Under the pieces are notes generated by a model that searched no databases, was not told where the DNA came from, and saw only the letters and a list, made by a program, of their open reading frames with translations. From Amoebidium appalachense (lineage: Eukaryota > Protista > Ichthyosporea), in NCBI GenBank assembly GCA_963693365.1, contig CAVNZM010000005.1:6761888-6825887 (forward strand): 64,000 nt of DNA, in the 5' to 3' direction. The position numbers were made by a program, and so were the translations under genes. This document shows, piece by piece, positions 1-18,155 of the stretch. Position 1 is the first letter of the stretch, and every line of letters starts with the position of its first letter.

Positions 1-744
1 TGAGGAATTAGCTAACACACTTCCTCCAGAAAACGTGCCATGTGGAACGTCACCACACCTTGGCAAGCATGTATAGTATAATTTATGCACGACTTGGTGC
101 GCTTGAGATGCTCTTAGCTCGGCTGCCAAAGGAACAAGGCATGAGAAGTGCACCCGCTCCCTTCTGCCGAGGACACGTATACTTGGAGAGGTAGCTCATT
201 AGCTCATCATTGCTGACTTAACGTATATAAGTACGCGTCCTTCCTTTTTATTGTTACACTCAAACAAATAGAAGAAGAATTTGAAAACAAACCTATACAC
301 GTGAACTCTATGCTGTGTTTGACGTCTTTATATAGCTATGTGCCTTGCAAATGGGTGAAATACTAATTAATGGCCCTGGGGCCAGCACCTCAACACAGCC
401 TCACATGCACGTTGATAATATACCCTCACACATCCATTACCCCTTCCCCCCACACAGTATATAAAACGCGTTTGTTTATATGAACTCGATCGTGGCCATG
501 GGTGCTGGACTGCTGGTCCCGGCGTGCGAGCTGGAGTCATTTTGGAGGTGCTCTTACACTACATCACCATAGTTGTGCATCCAAATAAGGCTACCTACCT
601 TCCATACTTGGTTTTTGAAGCTGTAACAACCAATCAGCGTGCGCGGGTCCCATGTGACCCTTTGGAATGTTTTGGAGTAGGTTTCCCTTTTTTCCTTGCA
701 CGCACCCCGTTTTCCACTCAGTCCCCATACTCACCGTATCAAAC

Positions 745-3230
745 ATGGCTTCTACATCCGCCGACCCCGAAGTCGATGCTGGCGATGCAGGCGAAGATCT
801 GCCACCCACCTCGGGCGAGAAGATTGGTGTGTATTCCTTAGGGTGCAATGCATAAAGCGTCGACAACATTTATAGCTTTCCCCTTCCTCTTTTACAACGC
901 CTTTTGGTTTAACAGAGCACACTGCAGCTAGTAAGCACGGACGTCTAAAGCACACCGTAGCGCATACACACTCAACACACTCATGTATTCACAGCCAGAA
1001 GAGGTTCCGAGAAAGACGCGCACACAGCGCTATGAGGGCATGGGTGGTAGCACACAGACACATACCCCCCCTCCACTCTTGTTACTTCTACCCTTTTCCC
1101 GTTCTACAGTACGGCTATGGTCGTTGTAGTTCAGGCTTCTAAACTCAACCAGAATTTGCAGCAAATACTCGACGCCTCTCCTTTAATCACCTTGCCCCCT
1201 TCCCCCCCTCTCCCCCCCCCCTCCCCCCCCCCCCCCCTGCCTTCTCCGTGGTTGACTCTCTCTCTCTCACCCCTCCTCCCTCCCTCCCCCGCCCGCTCTT
1301 CCCGAGTATGCCCCTACTTACGCATGCTCTTCTTGTGTGTTTTTCTGCTAAATCTTCCTCCTGGTCCGTCATGAACCTCCTGTTCTGTGGAGCGTTCCCC
1401 TCCCCCCCCCTTCCCCCGGCTCCTCGCCGTCCCTCTCCTTGCCGCTCTCCTTTACAGCACCCTCCTTAGCAACTCCGTGATAGCATTTTTTCAAACCCCC
1501 CTCCCCCCTCCCCCCTCCCTTTCCTGGGGAACTCAACCCAGTTTGCCAGAGCCTCACTCTTTGCTCACCCCCGTCCCCTCCCCCCTCCCCCCCCCCTCCC
1601 CCCCTTCCTCCCCCAACCCCCTCATTGCCCTGTGGCTCATTCCCCAACACACACACATACAGTGATCTACACGTCCGAGCTGAACGGCAACGACAACGAT
1701 GGCGACGGCACGGAGCGTGTTCCCTTCAAGACGGCGCTGTATGCGCTGAAGATGGCCGGCAACCGGCCCGTGGAGCTTTACGTGGACGGCAAGGAGGAGG
1801 GCCAGCGCTATGCTCTGATTGCCAAGGCACAGCTCAAGAAAGTGCAGAAACTGTACCAGCAGGAGCTGAAGAAGGCCGAGGCAAAGAAGAAGAAGGAGGT
1901 GTGTGCGTGTGTGTCTGTTGGATGTGTACGTGTGTGTGGGGGGGGGGGGGGGGAGGGGGGAGGGGGGGAGAAAGGGATGGGTGTGGGGGAACGGGGGTAT
2001 GGGAGGGGAGGGGTGTGGGGGGGAAGGGGGTGGAGGAGGGAGAGGAGGGGGAGGGGAGGGAAGGAGTGGGTGGTGGGACGTGAGGGGGGCCAGGTGGTTG
2101 GGGGGGGGGGGGGGGTGGGGATGTGTCAGGAGGTGTGTTTTTGGCTGGGATGGTGGGCAAAGGGGAGGGTGTGCAGGCTGGGGAAGGCGGGTGGGTGTTG
2201 GAGCAAAATGGGTGTTGGTGGGTGGGGGATAATATATGTTGGTGGATATGTCCGTTTTTTGTGTGTGTGGTGCTTCTGTGTACCTTGTGGATGATGAAAG
2301 GGTGTGTGTGTGTTTGGTGCTGTCGAAGGAAGAGGGGGGAACCATTGGGGAAGCAGGAGAGGGAGTGAACGAAGAGGGTACCACTTGATTGCAAGCACTA
2401 TCAAATCTAGACGGGAAGCTGCATAGGTTTGGTTATGGGTGTTTTGGATATCGGTATATGTTTGTTTTTGCTAACGAGTCGGGTCGGATTGGCCTGTACG
2501 TGCACAGGAGGAGGATGCTAAGCTTCGTGAGGCTGCCCTTGAGGAAGCCGGCAAGATTACAATCTCTGAGGATGCATCCCTGCCTGCCGCAAAGCTGGTG
2601 TGTGTGTGTGTGTGTGGTGTGGTGTGGTGTGTACTTCTCGGGCGGTGGTGTGTGGTGGCGGTGCTGGGTGGGTTTGGGGGAAGGGGGGGGGGGGGGGGGG
2701 GAGGGGGCGGGAAGGGGGAGTTGTATGTACCTGCATGACTGTGTGTGTCCGGGCGAACGATGTGCTTGAATAATGTGTGTGTGTTGTTGTTGGTGGTGGG
2801 TGGGGTGGGTGGAAGAGAGGGGGTCCCCGGGGGGGGGGGGGGGGGGAGGGGGGGGGGGAGGGGGCATGTATGAGCCGATATCGGGAATGGGAGGTATGTT
2901 TTTGGTGAATCTTTCGTAGGAAGGGTGCAGGGAGTGTGTGTAGGGGGGGGGGGGGGGGGGGGGATGGATGGGGAGGGGAACTGGGTGTGCGAGGAGGTTG
3001 AGAGAAAGAGAGACAGACAGAGCGGGTGGGGAGGGAGGGGGGGGGGGGGGGAAGGGGGGCAGGGGGAAGAGAAAGATAGTGACAGGAGAAGGTGAGAGAA
3101 CACAGACACGTGAGTCGGGGAAGGTGGTGCAACCAACCAACCTCCCCCCCCCCCCCCCCCCCCCCTCCCCCCCCCCCCCCCCCCCCCCTCTGTCTGCCCT
3201 TTAACCCCGTGGCCCCACAACACACGACAA

Positions 3231-3261
<31 letters not shown>

Positions 3262-4327
3262 CACACACTGACGACGTACGGCCGTGCTTGCGCACAGATC
3301 AAGATCCGCGACGGGGCCAGCCACCGTGGTGAGCGTGTGAAGGTCAGCGGGTGGGTGCACAACCTGCGCAGGCAGGGCAAGAGCATGATGTTTATCGTGC
3401 TGAGGGACGGTACCGGCAAGCTGCAGTGTGTGCTCAACGGTGACATGGTGAGTGTGGGTGCATGGGTGGGTGGGTGTGTGTGTGTGGGGGGGGGGGGGGG
3501 GGGGGTGGAGGGGGAGGGATGGGTGGGTGCGGGTGGGGGGGTGGGGGGGGGGGTGTGCCTGTTGGGGGTGGGGGGGTAGAGGGGGTGCGCGTGCTGGGGG
3601 GGGGGGGGGGGGGGGGGGGAAGAGAGAGGGGAATTCGTGCGTAGTTGTGCTTTTTTTCCGGTGGTGCTGGTGGTGGTGTCACGCGGGGAGGGAAGGGCGG
3701 AAGTTGTTCATGTGCATGTGTGTGTGCGCCGGGCGTGTGTGCACATGTATGGCATGGGGGTGGGAGGGGCGGAGGGTGGGTTGGGGACATGTGCCTTTGT
3801 GTGCATGTGGAGGGGTGGCTCTCTAGGCCCCTAGGTCCCTGGCTTGCCCTCTATTACAGATGTTTAACCCATTCCGGGTGCAGTGCAAGACACGGGATGC
3901 CATTCTCCTGAGCACAGAGTCCACCATCACCATCTACGGCACCCTCCATCCCGTCCCTGAGGGCAAGCAGGTATTATCCCCCCCCCCCCCCGGGGGGAAG
4001 CTTCCCTCCCCCCTCCCCTCTCTTTCCCCCCTCCCTCCCGCCCCTTCCGAAACTCGGGTGGTGGATGACATTTTGCCCCCCCCCCCCCCCCCCCCCCTGC
4101 TTATTATGCATACTCTTTATGTATGGCTTGCATTCTGCATCGTATTATCCGTTTGTTCTTGTGTACTTCGTACTTTTTGACGCATTCAAACCCCCCCCCC
4201 CCCCCCCCCCCCCCAAAGGGGAGAATGGGCTCTGCTTATGATACATACTCTTTTGTGTGTATGCTTTGCCTGTGAGAAGTTGCATTGTGTTGTCCGTCGC
4301 GAATATGTACTTCCTACCCTATTCCGC

Positions 4328-4372
<45 letters not shown>

Positions 4373-6115
4373 ACACCTCTTCCACTGGTAGCACCGCCCT
4401 GCCACCGCACCCCCTCCTGCGGGGATACTTAGGTTTCCCCCTTTCTTTGCTTTTGTCTTTGCTCGAAGTCAGACCCACCCATGCCTATGCGTAGCGTGAC
4501 ACATTGGTAAGTTTCAGAGTTTGGCACTGTGATTTGGAGGTGGTGTGGTGTGTCGGCTGAGAGAGGGATGCGATGAGGGAGAGATAACCCTCCTATCCCC
4601 CCCCCCTCCTCCTTCCCCTCCTCATCGTGGTTCTTATATTACTTAAATGAAGCTCTCTAACCCCCCCCCCCCCCCCCCCCCCCCCGGCCCGCCCGCCCTC
4701 TTTGCCTCCCCTTCCCCTTTCCCCCCTCCTCCAGGCACCTGGTGGGCATGAGCTGCAGGTAGACTACTGGGAGTTGGTGTCTGCAGCCCCCCCCGGTGGT
4801 GCTGACAACCTGCTTAACGAGGAGAGCCACGTGGACGTCAAGCTTGACAACAGGCACATTCTGCTGCGTGGTGACCGCACCAGCAGCGTGATGCGTGCAC
4901 GCAGCTACGTCACCCAGTGCTTCAGGGACCACTTTATCGACCGTGGATACCTCGAGGTCGTGCCCCCTACCCTCGTGCAGAACATGGTGAGTGTTGTTCT
5001 CTAAATATCCCCCCTCTCCCGCTCTCCCCCTCTCCCCCCTCCCCTAGCCCCCTAACAACAACACACACACCGCTCCCCCACTTCCACACAGGTACAGTCG
5101 CACACATACATGCGTACATGCATGTGCCCGCACAGGCGCGTGTTCACACACACGTACGCACACACACGCACACAGGCGTGCGCGTGCACGCACACACACC
5201 CGCACACAGACACACACACACACACACATGTGGTTGCACATTCTGTGAACTCTTCCCCGGGGAACCCGGCCCGGCCCCACCCCATAGATCACCCAAGTTG
5301 CGCTATTCCAAACATTCTGTTCCTTTTCTTTCTTCTTTTCCCTTCTCTTCACTTTCCCCACTATCTACATTGAAAATGACGCAAAAGAAGCTGGGGTTTA
5401 CCAGGTCCCCCCCCCCCCCCCCCCCCCCCCCCCCAGACAACAAAACACAAACACAAAGACACACGACAAAAACAAAAAGAAGGCGGCTCCCCCCTCCCAC
5501 CTCCCACCTGCCCCTCTTTCAGCCTTCCCCCACTTTTCCCTCCCTCTCTCCCATCCCCACACAAAGAGAGACAACAAGAGAGCTAGACAAAACACACACG
5601 ATACCATCATACTAACATCACCTTTTTCCAGTGTGAGGGCGGCTCCACACTGTTCAAGTTCGACTACTTTGGGGAGGAGGCCTACCTCACGCAGTCCAGC
5701 CAGCTGTACCTGGAGACCTGCATCCCGACCTTTGGCGATGTCTTCTGCATGGTGTCCTCCTACCGAGCTGAGAAGAGCAAGACCCGCCGCCACTTGGCTG
5801 AGTACGTCAAAGAACTCTTCCCCCTGCCCCGCCCCGCCCCAGGCAAACACAGACACCATATGCTCATGCACCCAAGGTGTTGGGGTTGGGAGGAAAGAGG
5901 ATTGAAGAAGAGAAAGGGAGGGGAAGATACGTGTGTGCAATGTTAAAGGGAGTATATGGGGGGAATGGCGGTGAACACAGAAAGAAACATGTGCATGCAC
6001 GCACGGGCACACACTCGTGTGCACATAGACACAGAGACACTCGCGTGCACACAGGCACACGGACGCTGGTACGCACACACACACGCACCCACACGATGGG
6101 AAGAGGGGTGTGTGT

Positions 6116-6151
<36 letters not shown>

Positions 6152-6339
6152 AGCGGATGGGGCATGCAGGGATGCATGGGGGGCAGGGGGGCGGGGGTGT
6201 TTGGTGGTGACCGGGGATTTTGCAGGTATCTGCACGTGGAGGCTGAGTTCCCCTTCATCGACTTTGACACCCTCATGAACCGCATCGAGGACATGGTGTG
6301 TGTGTTGTGTGTGTGTGTGTGGTGGTGGTGTGTGTGTGT

Positions 6340-6380
<41 letters not shown>

Positions 6381-7900
6381 GGATGGTACAATGTAGATAC
6401 GGGGGGGGGGGGGGGGGGGGGGGGGGGGGAGGGGGGTGGATGGTACAATGTAGATATGTTCGTGTGTGTTGGGGAGGAGAGGGGGGGGGGGGGGGAGGGG
6501 GGGGAGGGGAGGGGGGCGCCTGAGGGAGAGGATGAAAAACGGCGGCAGCCCGGGCTGTGGACCCGGAATGGATGTTGGCTTGTGCCATGTGGGCAGAGTG
6601 TCTCGTCCATGGGCAGCATTGGTTATCATTTGCGATCTTGCAGGGTAGTTTTTATGCCATTTTAGATGAAATCATCCAGCAAGCACCCTTGCAGTCATCC
6701 CAGCCTAACCTTCCCCCCTCCCCCCCCCCCCTTTCAAAACACACACGGTACACACGTTCAAACCTGCATCCCCACGTACACATCACACACACACACACAC
6801 AATTCCCGGTCCCCCTCCCCTCACCACCACCACCACCACACCCACCCACCCACATACACACACACACTCGACCCCCCCCCCCCCCATGCACACACACACA
6901 CTTACATCCGCACGTTCACTTACAGGTGTGCGACGTAGTGGACCGTGCACTTGCCGGCCCAGCCGGGCCCTTGATTAAGGAGCTTAACCCCAACTTCAAG
7001 CCACCCCAGCGGCCCTTTAAGCGCATGAGCTATGTGGATGCCATCGAGTATCTGAGGGAGCACAAGATCCTCACCCCTGAGGGCACTTACTACGAGTTTG
7101 GCATGGTGCGTTCATATGCCCCCCCCCCCCCCCCCCCCCCCCCTGCTGGGGGAAAAAAAAAAAAAAAAAAAAAAAAAACAGCGCTAGTTCTAACACTAGC
7201 GGAACATATATATGCGGGCACACACACACGCTACACACACGCGCGCGCTCGCATCACACAGCCACATGCACACACTTCTGAGAGTGGGCTCTGCTTGTCT
7301 GCCGGGTTCTTCCAACTCCAATTCATTGTTGCTGTTGTGGGATAAGGCGTAGGAGGAAGAGGGGGTTGGGGGAGGGGGGGGAGAGAGAGAGTTAAGGTGG
7401 GGAGAGTAAGTCCGACTTACAAAGTATGTATGGGTTTTATGTTGTTTGCATGTGTGATTTATTGGTACCCCCCTAACCAACATATACTATGTCTACAGGA
7501 TATTCCCGAGCTTGCTGAGCGCACCATGACCGACCAGATCGGTGTCCCCATCCTGCTCAACCGTTTCCCCGGTATATTACCTCCTCCCCCCCCCCCCCCC
7601 CCCCCCCCCTCCCCCCGCTTTCCGCCACACAGATGCGCTTGCACACACACACCAGCACCGCAAGTGTACAGACAGGCCTTTAGCAGAGCACCCGCACAGA
7701 GACACACACATGTGCAAACACGTCCAGACGTACACACACACACACACAACTCACCACACACACACACACACACTAGAGCACAGACACACGGGCGCGCACA
7801 CACACACGCACACACACACACACTAGGGCACACAACAGACAACGTTGTTGCTACCACCACCATTCATTATCACCCTTCCTCCCTCCTCCTCCCCGTCACC

Positions 7901-7933
<33 letters not shown>

Positions 7934-8233
7934 GATGAATGCTCGAATGTACATCCATACACTCTTTCACAGCCTTACTGTGCACCCCCTCATGCCGGAG
8001 ATCATATGCTTCTTTTGGGAGTGTAAACCCAAACATTATCGGCATTCTACCCAACCCCTCCCCTTCTCCTCACACCCCAACCTCCAACCCCACACCCTCC
8101 CCGTTTGCATACTCGGTGTGCGTGCTCTCTTACGCAAAATCCGCAATGCTGCAGAGGTGTCCTTTGTGAGCATGTACTTCTGTATTCCACATTCTAACCC
8201 TCCCTCCCCTCCCCCCGCCCCCCCTTTCCCCCT

Positions 8234-8314
<81 letters not shown>

Positions 8315-9350
8315 GCCGAGATCAAGGCGTTCTACATGGCGCGCTGCAAGGATGACCGGCGGGTGACGGAGAGTGTGGATCTTTTGATGCCAAACGTGGG
8401 CGAGATTGTCGGTGGCTCCATGCGTATCTGGGACCTGGTGCGTGCTTGTTCCTCTATCTTTTTCCCTGTTTTTTTTGGTGTCTGTGTGTGTGTGTGTGTG
8501 TTTTGTTTTGTTTCGTCGGCGGCAGCTGGAAGGTGGTGGTGGTGGTGGCAGTGGTGGTGGTGGTGTGTGTGTGTGTGTGGTTTTTTGTGTGGGGGGGGGG
8601 GGGATGACATTCTGTCTTTTCTTGTATGGACAGTTGTGCGCACTGACGGGTTTGTGGATGTGTGTGTGTGTTGTGTGTGTGTGTGCTCCCCCCCCCCCCC
8701 CCCCCCCCCTCCCCCGTCCCCCCTCCCCCCCCTCCCCCCTCCCCATACACACACCTCCCCCTTTCCGCTGCTGCTGCACGCACGAACACGAATGCATGTG
8801 AACACACATGGTCTGTCGTATTCGTAAACACTCGCGCACACAAGCATGCACGTACTTCCCCCCCCCCCCCCCCCCCCCCCCCCCACCACCACCACCTTCC
8901 CTTCCCAAAATTCCCAAACAATCACCCACTCATATACTAAACTCGAACCTCCTTGCCCTCCCTCCCCCCTCCACACATCCACCCTCCCCATCCACCCTCC
9001 CCATCCACCCCCAACTCCTCCCCTCCCCTCTCCCCAATCCCCACACTCCACCCCTTCCACCCATCCCCCCTCCCCCTCCCTCCTCTCTCTCTCTCTCTCT
9101 CCCCCCCCCCCCCCCCCCCCCCCCTCCCCCCCCACACGTACACGTACAGGAGGAGCTTCTAGCGGCATACAAGCGGGAGGGCATTGACCCCACCCCCTAC
9201 TACTGGTACACGGACCAGCGCAAGTATGGCTCATGCCCCCACGGTGGCTTCGGCCTGGGCCTGGAGAGGTTCTGCTGCTGGCTGTTCAACCAGTTCCACA
9301 TCAGAGACGTGTGCCTCTACCCCCGCTTCCTCGAACGCTGCAAACCCTAA
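745..9350 (+). CDS. NARS1: Asparagine--tRNA ligase, cytoplasmic (class IIb aaRS), 12 exons
   Basis: Phase-consistent GT-AG model: 745-826, 1663-1898, 2508-2597, 3298-3447, 3884-3970, 4735-4986, 5632-5801, 6226-6295, 6926-7105, 7499-7571, 8316-8437, 9150-9350 (TAA). Motifs: [24 protein letters not shown] (OB fold), [95 protein letters not shown]. Confidence 0.97.
4049..4330 (+). mobile_element. Two 3'-end fragments of the poly(C)-associated repeat family in NARS1 intron 5
   Basis: 4098-4190 is almost identical to the reverse complement of 43409-43502, and 4049-4069 matches its GAAACTCGGGT..GGATGAC segment. 4218-4330 (ATGGGCTCTGCTTATGATACATACT...) is a diverged subfamily. Each fragment ends in a poly(C) run. 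Confidence 0.8.
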
Positions 9351-9766
9351 AAAAAAAAAACATACATGCGCACACAGACACACACACACACACACAACCA
9401 AGAAAAAACATCAAAGCTCGTTGGGGAAGTTTTTCTGTGGGAGAAATTGTCCGACCCCTGCTACCTACCATGCCGTATGCTTTCACGGACATCGTGGGAG
9501 TGTAGGTGTGTATGGTGTGGGTAGGTAGGAGCGTATTTATTTATTTTTTTATTTATTTATCACTTTTGTGTATTCGTGCGAAGGTTGGCTGTACATGTGT
9601 GCTAAAGTAATGCCACCTGGGGCCTGGAAATGCCTGCGTGTGGTGGCAAGTAATCGACAATAAAATGCTGTCGTTTGATTAACCGACATTACCGGATTTT
9701 TGGTGTATTCTCGTGCGCTCATGTCTCTTGTGTCCTGCAACACCAAGGGCCGTAACTATAGTCAGA

Positions 9767-9802
<36 letters not shown>

Positions 9803-9936
9803 ACCACCACCACCACCACCACCACCACACACACACACACAGAGAGAGAGAGATACAGACAAATTCGCACGTACACCCAATCCCACGCCAGTTGAACCCC
9901 AAACGTGCGCTCGTGCCAGGACGCACACATGAACAC

Positions 9937-9967
<31 letters not shown>

Positions 9968-11171
9968 AAGGGTTTCTGCTTCATGAAACTTGCAAGTTGT
10001 TGCATGTTGTTGTTCTTTTATTTGACAGCTCATGATCATGAGCATTTGGTCAACAAATATATGGGCACACTTTCATTCATTCATACTACTCGTTCTCGCT
10101 CCCCCACCCCTCTCCTCCTCCAAGTTCACGTGGGCAACTGCAAAACACTTTCTTTGTCAGACATTATTCAAGGCACACGTCAGATGTTTCGCCCATCACG
10201 ATTATCGCCCTAAATAAGGTGTGCCGCAAAAAAAATATCTGATAATATAATTAAGCTACATGTTATCTAATCCGACATGTGATCCGTTCAAGTTGGCAGC
10301 AAAATCCAACAGAACATATAACTTCGTGACGTTGCAATTAGAACAAATAATTTAGCTCTCAGCTTATCATCACAGCTTACGCAACCAATCTTTACCACCT
10401 CTATCTAAAGGTGTCGGTCTGCCCTACCTATCGCCTTTAAGTATCAAAACCATCAACAACGGTGTTTCGAAAGGATTGCAAAGCGTCGATTCAAAAAAAA
10501 AAACCCCTATTCATCCTATTCGTGGATGTTAACAGCTCTAAACCCCAGCCTTTCGCGATTTTTGTTGTTTTGCCAAACAAATTTACAAGGCTGAGCAACC
10601 TATAATTATACTCTTGGCACAAAGTGCAAACACTTAAAGCACATTCCAAATCAAGCCACATCAGAAAGATTCGGGAACAAAAGGCGACGCTACAGCTGAT
10701 GGACCAAAAAGGAGAAATAATGCATGTGTGTGTCTGTGCCTATGTATATTTATAAAACAACTAAAAAAGATGGAAATATCAACATCACCGTGCAAAAGTT
10801 GTTTTCAAAAGCTACCATAACGTCATCGAACATGATTACGTAACACATCACTAAAATGCCCTGCCGAATGAGCAAACACACCACACCCGATTGTACTCGC
10901 GTCACTTCAGAATATCGCACCAGGCTCTTACCGGGTCGAGCCGGGTCACGATCCCATAATACCCGGCCCGGGCCGTGCTATTCACCATCATACAGCCCAT
11001 GTCCGTCCACCCTTCACCGCTACCATACCAGGCCCAAGCTGCGGTGCCCCCCACGTCGCCGGCCGGGCCGAAACCACGTTGGCCCGAACATGCCATCCGA
11101 CCCGACCCGGCTCGTCAACCAACAGCACCAAGGGGTTGTTGGGACTGGGAGGGTCCGGGTGGGGTGTGGGG

Positions 11172-14997
<3,826 letters not shown>

Positions 14998-17060
14998 GTT
15001 TTAAAAGGTTTCTTGTGTCCTTCCTGCGCCTCCAAAATGTGAATGGAAACCGAAAAATTACAAACGCACAAGCTACAAAACAGGCTAAATTATAGATGAT
15101 GTTTTTAAAGTCCAGGAAAATACACAATATATGTGTAAACTAGTTAGCAAATACAAGCGTTCTTTATCCGTTTCAAGCATGCGAACCGTCGGTTTCGTTT
15201 CTATGTGCTTTGTGTTCTTCGCCCAAGAAGGATCATGAAACGGAACACATGATGCCGGCAAAACATTGGAGAAATAGAATCGAGATGAAGCCAATCACAA
15301 TTCACCATTCTAAAATTTGTGTGGCTACACTGTAATGTACTACACACTGGCTGTTGTACAAATGATCCATTCTAACTTCAACAGGTTCTTAAAATGGAAA
15401 GCGTTTTAAATAATCAAAGCAGTTGTAGTAGGTAGTCGCAAAAAATTACACAGCAAATGGTTAGAAAAACTAGATTTTCGTGTTGGTTCAATAGCACAAG
15501 ATCCTAGTGAGCTCATATGACACAAGTGATGATATAATTGATTTTGCAGATAAGCCCATTTATTGGTTCATAATCACACTAGGAGAACACCTCAAGATTT
15601 TGTTGACTGTGGAATGTTTGGAGCGCTTATCGTGCTTCATGATATTGAATAATCATGATAGACATCTATTGTAGCACCTTGCCGCGCATGGGTGTCTAAG
15701 TGGCTAGTAGTGGGTGTATTATGCCATTTTCTATACTAAAATGTTCATATTTGAGCCAATTTTGATTACATTAGGCCCTAATCCACAACTACTACAAGAT
15801 TAAATGCCCTTTCGGAGTAAGTTCAGAAGCTGTCAGCGAGCCCGCCAACCAACCAATTACTGGAAAACAATGCAGTGTTTAAAACTTTTGCCAAAGAATC
15901 ATAAACAATCCCGAACTGTTGTTGCTATCTGAACTGGGGCATAAGCTCCGCATGCAGATAGCGGCGCGGGTGTGGATCAGAGATAACACCAGAAATAGGG
16001 GTGCTCTTTGATGGAAAGAAATGTTGTTTGAGGGGTGTCGTTCCGTATTTGGGCTTCATAGCTTACTATATATTAGAGATAGCTTATGCTTTTTTTTGAC
16101 AACAAAATAAACCGGATATATGTTCATGATCATGCAATCGATGCATATATGACACCAAAGCATGCACGCTGCGCGCATACACTGTCATTCATATATATGC
16201 TAATGTTCAGCCCCTGAAATGCCCAAACCTTTAAATTGAAAAACACAAAATTTTCATTTGGGGGGGGTAAGTACACAAGCAAGTACTCCCTTCACTCGGC
16301 ATGAAGTTGGCAAAGGAATCAAAACGCTGCCGCGTATATCTATCCCTTTAATACGGGCCGGTTCAGTAGTCACGGGTATACTACCGTGCAGAGACCCAAA
16401 CCGTTTTAGCGATCCGATTAGGTAGCTTTTTGGCCCGAAATTCACTTTCCAAATTGGGAGCGATAACGATTTTCATTGGACAAAAGTTTCAGATCATACT
16501 ATATAAGGCAGCTGCGCATGGATCTAAAGGTCACTTTTTGGGGCTAACAAGGGTTCAGCGTGTAGAACGGCGGGCCGGGCCGGGTCCGGGCCCGCGCCGC
16601 CAATCAATGGAATTTATCGTGTGTCATTGAACATCCGGCTGAATTCAATGTACTTATCGTATCGTAGCTGAACAAACTTCATATAATATGAGTAATATTA
16701 TCTGTAAAAACGGCATAATTAGGAGATATGTTTGGTAATAGAACAGTGGTGGCAACTGAGCAAGCAGTATCCTCTGTTTTAATACCCATACCACACAAAA
16801 CATCTTGGAATGTCTTGATGAAGCATATGGCACCAATCATTTGCGAGAGCACTTTCGCAGTTTACCATAAAAGGCTATCACTGAAAGTGCGGAGTCAGAG
16901 TGTGACTTCTACAAGCACTTAAATTCGATTTGCCTTGCAAATCTCATGGATCAGCCTCTAGCGGGCACAATTGAAAACGAGAATTCGAAAGAAGGGAAAA
17001 AAAGAAAGAAGGAAAAAAACTTGATCAGGGAAACGGACCGATGTGCACGTACGCAGACGT

Positions 17061-17061
<1 letters not shown>

Positions 17062-17143
<82 letters not shown>

Positions 17144-17291
17144 GGGAGAGGGAGAGGGAGAGGGAGAGGGAGAGGGAGAGGGAGAGGGAGAGGGAGAGGG
17201 AGAGGGAGAGGGAGAGGGAGAGGGAGAGGGAGAGGGAGAGGGAGAGGGAGAGGGAGAGGGAGAGGGAGAGGGAGAGGGAGAGGGAGAGGGA

Positions 17292-17369
<78 letters not shown>

Positions 17370-17435
17370 TAGCCTGAGCTAGAGAGAGAGAGAGAGAGAG
17401 AGCTACAAAGAGAGAGAGAGAGGGAGAGAGAGCCT

Positions 17436-17512
<77 letters not shown>
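17062..17512. repeat. Compound (AG)n/(GGAGAG)n microsatellite
   Basis: Directly visible long AG and AGAGGG runs. Confidence 0.95.
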
Positions 17513-17515
<3 letters not shown>

Positions 17516-17645
17516 GAGAGCCTTGAAGAAAAAGAGAGAGACAGAGACTGTAGAGAGAGAGAGGGGGGGGGGGGGGGAGGAGAGAGAGAGAGAGAGAGAG
17601 AGAGAGTGAGTGTGTGACAGTGTGTGTGTGCGTTTGTGAATATCG

Positions 17646-17684
<39 letters not shown>

Positions 17685-18155
17685 GAGAGGGAGAGAGAGA
17701 GAGGAGAGAGAGAATGAGTGAGAGAAGGAAGCTAGAGAGAGAACGGTGCGCGTGTGTGTACGTGCGTACATGTGTTTTTTTTTTTGTGTGTGTGTGTGTG
17801 TGTTTTGTGCGTGTGTATGTGCATGTTTTGTGCGTGTGTACCGGCACACATACGGACATCTGCAGAAGCACATACAGAGATATATGTCGGTGCACATAAC
17901 GTGTGTACACGTACACACAACGCGCACACGTGCTATGAACACACACAGTATGTATGTGTTCATGACTGCAGCAGATAGACAGATATAGAGGCAGCCGTCG
18001 TGGCATGCATAGATGGCGTATGGACATGCAGACATACCTAGGTGGCATGTTTTTCTCAGCGTATGCGGAAGTTATTAAAAAAAAATTTTCATTAATGTTC
18101 TCCTCCCTGGAGCGTATATACAAATCGTAGTCGTTGTGTATGTCGGCTGTACATA

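Noticed and set aside
6575-6715. Faint echoes of NARS1 exons in introns (CHV-AECL near 6583; [11 protein letters not shown] near 7995)
   Set aside because: Too short and gapped to distinguish from chance by eye.
15000-16950. AT-rich intergenic region with short ORFs
   Set aside because: No recognisable coding, tRNA or repeat structure could be supported.
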